A DNA stretch of 32,000 bases, from positions 450,001 to 482,000 of the forward strand of contig CAKTSY010000001.1 of the NCBI GenBank assembly GCA_934613415.1, read 5' to 3'. The position numbers and the translations under genes are program-made. Of this stretch, positions 26,269 through 32,000 are shown piece by piece. Below the pieces are notes generated by a model. That model was given only the letters and a program-made list of their open reading frames with translations, was not told where the DNA came from and did not search any database. Position 1 is the first letter of the stretch. Each line of letters opens with the position of its first letter. The DNA comes from an uncultured Opitutales bacterium (GTDB taxonomy: Bacteria; Verrucomicrobiota; Verrucomicrobiia; Opitutales; Intestinicryptomonadaceae).

Positions 26269-27262
26269 GCACGCTATATTCTATGTCTGAATTTAAGTCG
26301 AAAGGAACTGTCAACGTTTTTTCGGCAATGCTTTCAAGCTTAGGCTCTTTCGAAAAATTCCAAAAAACCTGCGGGTAAATCCTGTTTTCTATCAAAGTTT
26401 TGCGCACTTGTTCCCTTTGTGCCGTGTCGTTAAAAAGCAGTATTGGCAAAAATTGCGCATTGGGTTTTTGCGAGTTAACAACGCGGTAATCGCGTCCGGT
26501 TAAAGCACTTTCCAAAGCGTCTCCAAAAAGTTTTCTTTTATTGCAAATTTTTTCGATGTTTAGCCTATGCAGAATTTCGTACGACAAATCGCTTTGCCTG
26601 TCGGCGTAGCGTTTGTTTGCAAGCTTTTCTTCTCCGCGCAAAAACAACTTTATATAGGTTTGCTTTTCGCAAATTTCCTTTAGGGCAAAGGCTCTGTATA
26701 TGTCGTTTGCAAAATCGGCGCAAGTGTCGGACTTTAACGCAGCCAATTTCGGCAAATTAACTTTTTTAGAATATATGTATGCCCCGTCGGCAATAGGCAG
26801 CGTTTTGCGCAAAGATGCTATTGTAAAGTGCGCGGTGCTTGTAAGCGCCCAATCCGAAAACGGAGAATGCGAATGGTCTTCTACAACAATCACATTAGGG
26901 TTTGCTGCCGCCCATTCGTCGTAAAAACGCCTTTCTTTTAGGCCGAAATAGTCGCAAAACAAAACTGCAGTTTTTTCGGTATCGCTTATTTTTATTCCGC
27001 TAAAATCGGCGCATGGGGCGAATGGATTATCGGTATAAAAACTTACGTTAAAAAAATCCTTAAGGTAGTTTTTTAGCGCGGTGCAAAAATATTCGGGCAC
27101 AAAAAGCCTTGTGTTTTGCCCCAAAAGTTTAGACACAAGCAAAAAACAGTCGCGCCCCGACGAAAACCAACGCGGGCTTGGCAGCCTTTGCAGCATTTGG
27201 CTTTCACCGAACAAATTTTCGGCGGGGAACGAAAAGTAGGTGCTTATGTCTTTTTTAGACAT
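26246..27262 (-). CDS. DegT/DnrJ/EryC1-like PLP-dependent (fold type I) protein, function unknown
   Basis: This 338-aa ORF is collinear with sugar aminotransferases. The matching stretches are SSGRDCFLLVSKLLG...LFVPEYFC, VVEDHSHS (compare xxEDxAHA) and TIASLRKTLPIADGAYIY (compare SFHxxKxxxxGEGG, so Lys is the putative PLP site). Confidence 0.45.
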   Translation of the reverse strand: MSKKDISTYFSFPAENLFGESQMLQRLPSPRWFSSGRDCFLLVSKLLGQNTRLFVPEYFCTALKNYLKDFFNVSFYTDNPFAPCADFSGIKISDTEKTAVLFCDYFGLKERRFYDEWAAANPNVIVVEDHSHSPFSDWALTSTAHFTIASLRKTLPIADGAYIYSKKVNLPKLAALKSDTCADFANDIYRAFALKEICEKQTYIKLFLRGEEKLANKRYADRQSDLSYEILHRLNIEKICNKRKLFGDALESALTGRDYRVVNSQKPNAQFLPILLFNDTAQREQVRKTLIENRIYPQVFWNFSKEPKLESIAEKTLTVPFDLNSDIEYSVQKISGLI

Positions 27263-27265
27263 TTT

Positions 27266-28129
27266 TTAACTATCTTTTTTTGCCCTGTTTTGCGGGCGGG
27301 TTGAACCGCGTCTTTTTTGGGTTCGTTTAAAATCCCCCTTTTGCTGTGGTCTTTTGGCGGCGCGGCTCTTTGAATTTGCAAATGCCTTTTTTTCGTTTTT
27401 AGAAAAATTACAAACAAACTTTTTTATGCCGCTTATGTTGTGGGAAGAAACGTTCCTAATCTTTTTAAACGCAAGTTTTACCTTTGCCAAAAGCGTGGCC
27501 GCAATTTCCGGATATTCGGTTTGAAGCTCGTAGTTATTTTCGCAAAAGCGGGCTTTTACTTCCAAGTAAAGTCTGCGGCTAATCCAAGCGTCGGTTGCGG
27601 CATAGGTTATTTGCCTCGGGCTTAGGGTTTCGCTTGCCCAATTGCTCATTTGCACACTTTTCGAAATCCTTTCGCCAAAAAATACGCAACTTAAATTTTT
27701 AAGCCCCGTATTCAATATGCCCATTTTTTGGGTATAGTCGCTAATTTCAACAAAGCCTTTTGCCTCGAATTCGCAAAGCGATTTTAAGCCCGAAATGTCG
27801 CCACTTACGGCAACGCCGCATTTAACGATATTTTCGTTTGCCAAAACCGAAAAGACTTTCTCTAGCACGTCTTTTAAGGGGTCTAGTTTAAAAAGCCACG
27901 CGCGGTTTTCGCCGCAAAGCTGCAATAGCGAAGTGTTGTAGTGAACCCCTTTGCGAAAAGACGGCCTTGTTTCCGTATCGAAACCCAAAACCGTCTCATT
28001 CGAAATTTCGCCCATAATCTCGTCTAAGTTGGCGGCGTTGTCTACTACAACAACGTCGCCCTTATATTGAACCATGGGCAGGTACTTGGTAATTTCGGGG
28101 TCTATTCTAATCGGATAGGCGCACTTCAT
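27266..28129 (-). CDS. DEDDy-type 3'-5' exonuclease (RNase D / WRN-exonuclease-like domain) with a ~90-aa lysine/arginine-rich C-terminal extension
   Basis: The three exonuclease motifs are present: Exo I in LGFDTETRPSF, Exo II in IVKCGVAVSGDISGL and Exo III in TYAATDAWISRRLY. The tail ends ...KSRAAKRPQQKGDFKRTQKRRGSTRPQNRAKKDS. Confidence 0.78.
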   Translation of the reverse strand: MKCAYPIRIDPEITKYLPMVQYKGDVVVVDNAANLDEIMGEISNETVLGFDTETRPSFRKGVHYNTSLLQLCGENRAWLFKLDPLKDVLEKVFSVLANENIVKCGVAVSGDISGLKSLCEFEAKGFVEISDYTQKMGILNTGLKNLSCVFFGERISKSVQMSNWASETLSPRQITYAATDAWISRRLYLEVKARFCENNYELQTEYPEIAATLLAKVKLAFKKIRNVSSHNISGIKKFVCNFSKNEKKAFANSKSRAAKRPQQKGDFKRTQKRRGSTRPQNRAKKDS

Positions 28130-28136
28130 TGCAGAA

Positions 28137-29714
28137 TTAGTGCGCGATAAGCGATTTACCCGTCATTTCTTCGGGGATTTTAAGACCCATCAATTCCAAC
28201 AAGGTCGGGGCAATGTCGCCCAAAGCTCCGCCGTCTTGCCTAAGCTTTAAGCCCTGCACCGACTTGCCGTACAACACAACCTCTACGGGGTTAAGCGTGT
28301 GGCGCGTATGCGGCTGGTGCTGCTTAATTTCGTACATTTGGTCGGAATTGCCGTGGTCGGCGGTTACAAGCATAAAGCCGTTTTCGGTTTTGTCTACGGC
28401 GTCGGCAACGGTTTTAACGGCTTTATCTACCGCTTCGCAGGCGGCAATGGCCGCCTTTAAGTTGCCTGTGTGGCCAACCATATCGCCGTTTGCAAAGTTT
28501 ACAACAATAAGCGAGTATTTGTTCGAAGCTATTGCCTTTGCAACCGCGTCGGCAACGGGCTGCGCGCTCATTTGCGGCTTTTGGTCGTAGGTTTGAACGT
28601 CTCTGGGCGAGTCTATCAAAATTCTGTCTTCGCCGGGGAAAGGTTCGTCCCTATAGTCGTTAAAAAAGAAAGTTACATGCGCAAACTTTTCGGTTTCGGC
28701 AGCTCTTAGCTGGCTTAAGCCCAATTTGCTGATGTAGTCGCCCAAAATGTTAACCATTTTCGGAGGTTTCGGGAAAAGCACGTTCTTGCACAAGCCCTTT
28801 TCGTATTCGGTCATTGTGCAGTAGAACAAGTCCAGCTTTTTGCCGCGGTCGAAACCGTCGAATTTGTCGTCTATAAAGGCGCGGGTAATTTCTCTGGGTC
28901 TGTCGCCCCTAAAGTTGAAGAACAAGAACGCGTCGCCGTCTTTTACCCTGCCTATGGGCTGGTTGTTTTCAACAACCCAGGTTGCGGGTATAAATTCGTC
29001 GCCCTGCATGTTTTCTTCTGCGGGGTGTTCGTAGTATTGCGTGTAGGCATCTTGGCAGTTTTCAACCGCGTTTTCGGCCTTTACGCCGGTAAGGCAGTCG
29101 TAGGCTTTCTTAACCCTGTCCCAACGCTTGTCTCTATCCATAGCCCAAAAACGGCCTATAACCGAAGCAACCCTGCCGCATTTATATTCGTCCATCTTTG
29201 CCTGAACGTCTTTAATAAAGCCCAAGCCGCTTGTAGGAGGCGTGTCTCTGCCGTCGGTAATTGCGTGGAAATATACGCTGTCTTTAAAGCCCTTTTCGCC
29301 GAAGATTTTAAGCAAAGCATACAAATGTCTTAGCATAGAGTGCACGCCTGCATCGCTACAAAGCCCCATCAAATGCAAATTCTTGCCGCTTTCCAAAACC
29401 TTAAGTATGCCTTTAAACACTTCGCTTTCAACAACCGAACCGGTAGAAAAACCCTTGTCGATACGCACAATTTCCTGGTCGACAATTCTGCCCGCGCCGA
29501 TGTTTTGGTGGCCTACTTCGCTGTTGCCCATAATGCCTTCTGGCAGGCCAACCGCCAAGCCGCAAGCCGTGATTTCGGTTCTCGGGCATTCGGCCGACAT
29601 TTTTTTACAGAAAGGCGCATTCGCCAATCTTACCGCGTTATACGAATCAAGGGAATGGTCGTGGTTTTCGCCCCAACCGTCTCTTATAACCAATACTGCA
29701 GGTGTTCTTTTCAT
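28137..29714 (-). CDS. gpmI: 2,3-bisphosphoglycerate-independent phosphoglycerate mutase
   Basis: Motifs [46 protein letters not shown] and TADHGN are present. I use the ATG at 29714 (MKRTPAVL...). The ORF-track start at 29774 is a TTG. Confidence 0.9.
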   Translation of the reverse strand: MKRTPAVLVIRDGWGENHDHSLDSYNAVRLANAPFCKKMSAECPRTEITACGLAVGLPEGIMGNSEVGHQNIGAGRIVDQEIVRIDKGFSTGSVVESEVFKGILKVLESGKNLHLMGLCSDAGVHSMLRHLYALLKIFGEKGFKDSVYFHAITDGRDTPPTSGLGFIKDVQAKMDEYKCGRVASVIGRFWAMDRDKRWDRVKKAYDCLTGVKAENAVENCQDAYTQYYEHPAEENMQGDEFIPATWVVENNQPIGRVKDGDAFLFFNFRGDRPREITRAFIDDKFDGFDRGKKLDLFYCTMTEYEKGLCKNVLFPKPPKMVNILGDYISKLGLSQLRAAETEKFAHVTFFFNDYRDEPFPGEDRILIDSPRDVQTYDQKPQMSAQPVADAVAKAIASNKYSLIVVNFANGDMVGHTGNLKAAIAACEAVDKAVKTVADAVDKTENGFMLVTADHGNSDQMYEIKQHQPHTRHTLNPVEVVLYGKSVQGLKLRQDGGALGDIAPTLLELMGLKIPEEMTGKSLIAH

Positions 29715-29829
29715 AATTTTATAAAAATCGTTTAGATGAATATAATCGGCCAACCGCAAAATTTCGCAAGACAATTTTAGGGATAAAAACGCTCGACACG
29801 AACGCCTAAAAGATTTGAATTTAAACCCT

Positions 29830-30693
29830 ATGGATTTGAACAGCGCATATTCGAAATGTCTGGATTTAGCTCACAGCCACTACGAAAACTTCCCCGTGGC
29901 CAGAATGATGCCCAAAAACACACGCAAAAATGTGGCGGCCGTCTACGCCTTTGCCCGCACTTCCGACGACATTTCCGACGAAAACCACGAAAATATTTCG
30001 GCCGAAAGCGAAATTAGAACCCAAAATTTGGAACTTTTCGAAAGCCAGCTTTCGCTTATGTTCGACAATCCCGAAAAGCTCGACAAGCGTTGGGACTGGA
30101 TTTTTATTGCCCTTGCCGACACTACCAAAGAGTTTGCAATACCCGTACAGCTATACAAAGACCTTATAAGCGCGTTCAAGCAAGACGTTGTAAAAAAACG
30201 CTACGACACTTTCGAAGACCTGCTAGACTACTGCAAGCGCAGCGCAAACCCCGTAGGCAGGCTCGTTCTCCTGCTACACCGCATTTGCGACGAAAAGCTC
30301 TTTGAAATGTCCGACAATATATGCACGGCCTTGCAGCTTGCAAACTTTTGGCAGGATATGAGCCGCGACTGGAAGAAAAACCGCATATACGTTCCAAAAT
30401 GCGACTGGCAAAACTACTCTCTTAAAGAGAGCGACTTTTTCGAAAGCAAGGCATCTTTAAATATGCAAAAGTGCGTACAATTCCAGTGCGAGCGCACCGC
30501 GCAGATTTTCGACAAAGGCGAAGACCTGCCCAAATACCTGCCCTTTTTGCTCAGTCTGGAAATAAGGCTTACCTTGGCCGGCGGCAGGGGCATTCTTAAA
30601 AAAATTGCCAAACAAAAATTCGACACGCTTTCAAAACGCCCCTCGTTCGGCAAATTCGACAAGGTAAAAATTCTTCTGTCATCAATTTTCTAA
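29830..30693 (+). CDS. hpnC: Squalene/phytoene-synthase-family enzyme, HpnC-type (hydroxysqualene synthase)
   Basis: [12 protein letters not shown]...[14 protein letters not shown] carries the first Asp-rich motif, and [11 protein letters not shown] the second. I use the ATG at 29830. The ORF-track TTG is at 29815. Confidence 0.72.
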   Translation: MDLNSAYSKCLDLAHSHYENFPVARMMPKNTRKNVAAVYAFARTSDDISDENHENISAESEIRTQNLELFESQLSLMFDNPEKLDKRWDWIFIALADTTKEFAIPVQLYKDLISAFKQDVVKKRYDTFEDLLDYCKRSANPVGRLVLLLHRICDEKLFEMSDNICTALQLANFWQDMSRDWKKNRIYVPKCDWQNYSLKESDFFESKASLNMQKCVQFQCERTAQIFDKGEDLPKYLPFLLSLEIRLTLAGGRGILKKIAKQKFDTLSKRPSFGKFDKVKILLSSIF

Positions 30694-30696
30694 CTT

Positions 30697-32000
30697 ATGC
30701 CACAAAATATAGACAAGCTCGACGATTCTTTCGAAAGCGCGTATCAGTCGCTTCAAAGAAAAAAATCTAATTTGGCGTTTGCGTTCTTTTGCCTGGACAG
30801 GCAGCGCGCGCAGGATATGGGCGTTTTATATGCCTATTGCCGAATTTTAGACGATATTTCCGACGACGAAAACGCCCCCGTAGAAGAAAAGAAGGCGGCG
30901 CTTCTTAAGTGGAAAAGCGAGCTTGATTTGATATACTCGAACAAGCCCTGTTCGCGCTTTGGCGAAGAGCTTAAGGAAATGATAGCCCGCAGGCACATTC
31001 CAAAACAGTATATGAACGACGTTATAGACGGCGTTTATAGAGACACCGAACTAAAGCCCTTTAAAACTTCCGAAGAGCTGGCAAACTACTGCTACGGCGT
31101 AGCTTCGGCAGTGGGGCTTTGCTCGATATATGTTTTCGGGTTCGAAAACCAAATTACAATAGAATTTGCAAAAAGTCTGGGCTTGGCTTTGCAATATACA
31201 AACATTTTAAGGGATATTGTAGACGATTTTTACACCCAAAAGCGCGTATACATTCCCGAAAACGAGCTTGAATTTTTCGGGGTAAAGGCAAGCGACTTGG
31301 GCGACCTAAAAAGCAACCCAAAGTGCAAAGACCTCTTTAGATTTTTGGCTTTCAGGGCAAAGCACTACTTTAATAAATCGCGCCGTCTATTGTGCGAGCA
31401 AGACCGCAAAAATATGCTGCCTGCCCTTATTATGTCGGAAATATACGAGGCCATTTTAGACCGCATAATAGCCTCTAACTACGACATAAAGCGAAAGATT
31501 GTAAAGCTAAACAAGGCCCAGAAAATCTACTATGCCTTAAGGGCAATGGCAAAGGCAAAGCTGCCCTTTGCAAAAAAACGCTTCGGCACTATCGACATTT
31601 TCGGCGCGGGCATTTCGGGAATGACCGCAGCCTACAACCTGTGCGAACAGGGCTTCGACATAAGGCTTTTCGAGGCGAGAAACTATGCTGGCGGGAGAGC
31701 CTGCTCCTTCGAATGGAAGGCGGCAAACGCCCTTTTAGACAACGGCAGCCACGCGGCAATGCGCTGCTACAAAAGCTTTTTAAAGATACTTAAAAAGCTA
31801 GGCTCTTTAGACATTTTGTCCGACAAAGAAACCGCAGTTTCGTTCTTTTTCGAAGACAAGAGCACAATAACGCTAAGCCTAAAAGACCTTGTAAGAAACC
31901 CCATAAAATTTATGTTTACATTCGGCGGGCTAAACAAGGTTAAGGGCTTTCAGTGTAAGGAAAACGCGCTTTTTATGATTAAGGCGAAACTTGGGCTGGC
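30697..32000 (+). CDS. hpnD-hpnE: Fusion protein: HpnD-type presqualene diphosphate synthase (N-terminal ~285 aa) joined in frame to an HpnE-type FAD-dependent amine-oxidase-family reductase. Partial; it runs off the right edge.
   Basis: My own translation from the ATG at 30697 has no stop through 32000. The N-terminal part has YAYCRILDDISDD and NILRDIVDD, the two Asp-rich motifs of the squalene/phytoene synthase family. From about 31590 the sequence reads IDIFGAGISGMTAAYNLCEQGFDIRLFEARNYAGGRA, a GxGxxG FAD-binding fold with a GGR motif. This ORF is absent from the ORF track because it is open-ended. Confidence 0.75.
   Translation, partial: MPQNIDKLDDSFESAYQSLQRKKSNLAFAFFCLDRQRAQDMGVLYAYCRILDDISDDENAPVEEKKAALLKWKSELDLIYSNKPCSRFGEELKEMIARRHIPKQYMNDVIDGVYRDTELKPFKTSEELANYCYGVASAVGLCSIYVFGFENQITIEFAKSLGLALQYTNILRDIVDDFYTQKRVYIPENELEFFGVKASDLGDLKSNPKCKDLFRFLAFRAKHYFNKSRRLLCEQDRKNMLPALIMSEIYEAILDRIIASNYDIKRKIVKLNKAQKIYYALRAMAKAKLPFAKKRFGTIDIFGAGISGMTAAYNLCEQGFDIRLFEARNYAGGRACSFEWKAANALLDNGSHAAMRCYKSFLKILKKLGSLDILSDKETAVSFFFEDKSTITLSLKDLVRNPIKFMFTFGGLNKVKGFQCKENALFMIKAKLGL

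Noticed and set aside
1-32000. Screened the whole window for CRISPR arrays, tRNA/rRNA genes, IS elements, integrases, toxin-antitoxin pairs and known defence-system hallmarks
   Set aside because: I found no regularly spaced direct repeats and no tRNA-like cloverleaf candidates in the few intergenic gaps, all of which are 171 nt or shorter. No transposase, integrase or recombinase-like ORFs are present, and there are no small adjacent ORF pairs. This was a by-eye scan only. A dot-plot or repeat finder and tRNAscan/Infernal would be needed for certainty.

Overview
This is a gene-dense, housekeeping-type bacterial chromosomal segment. GC looks moderate by eye (not computed). I count about 31 protein-coding genes. 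I see no rRNA, tRNA, CRISPR array, transposase, integrase or phage-like gene.

Gene order, left to right:
- SDR (partial), rsmG, ndk (minus strand)
- nadK, YihY-family membrane protein, pdxH, nadD, rsfS (tight plus-strand operon)
- cyclophilin PPIase and acetolactate synthase large subunit (minus)
- uvrA, DUF21-CBS (CNNM/CorC-type) membrane protein, small lipoprotein, rlmN (plus)
- lepA-lepB (minus)
- rpsP-trmD-rplS (minus, no rimM)
- secreted periplasmic-binding-protein-like protein (plus), convergent with a secreted FAD-dependent oxidoreductase (minus)
- a 1151-aa soluble protein, then manA, a membrane-anchored hypothetical and purN (plus)
- gpmI, a 3'-5' exonuclease with a basic tail, and a DegT-like PLP-fold protein (minus)
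- hpnC followed by an in-frame hpnD-hpnE fusion that runs off the right edge (plus)

Convergent gene pairs are separated by clear bidirectional hairpin/T-tract terminators. Several ORF-track starts are TTG-initiated N-terminal extensions, and I moved these to internal ATG/GTG starts.

I do not see a clear defence, toxin or mobile system, and the window reads as core genome. The best candidates for something under-described are:
- the 1151-aa orphan enzyme, tentatively a PPi-type PEP carboxykinase
- the HpnD-HpnE fusion
- the exonuclease/DegT-like pair co-transcribed with gpmI
- an orphan acetolactate synthase with a C-terminal CxxCxxC tail

All functional calls come from reading motifs in the translations. 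No database search was possible.
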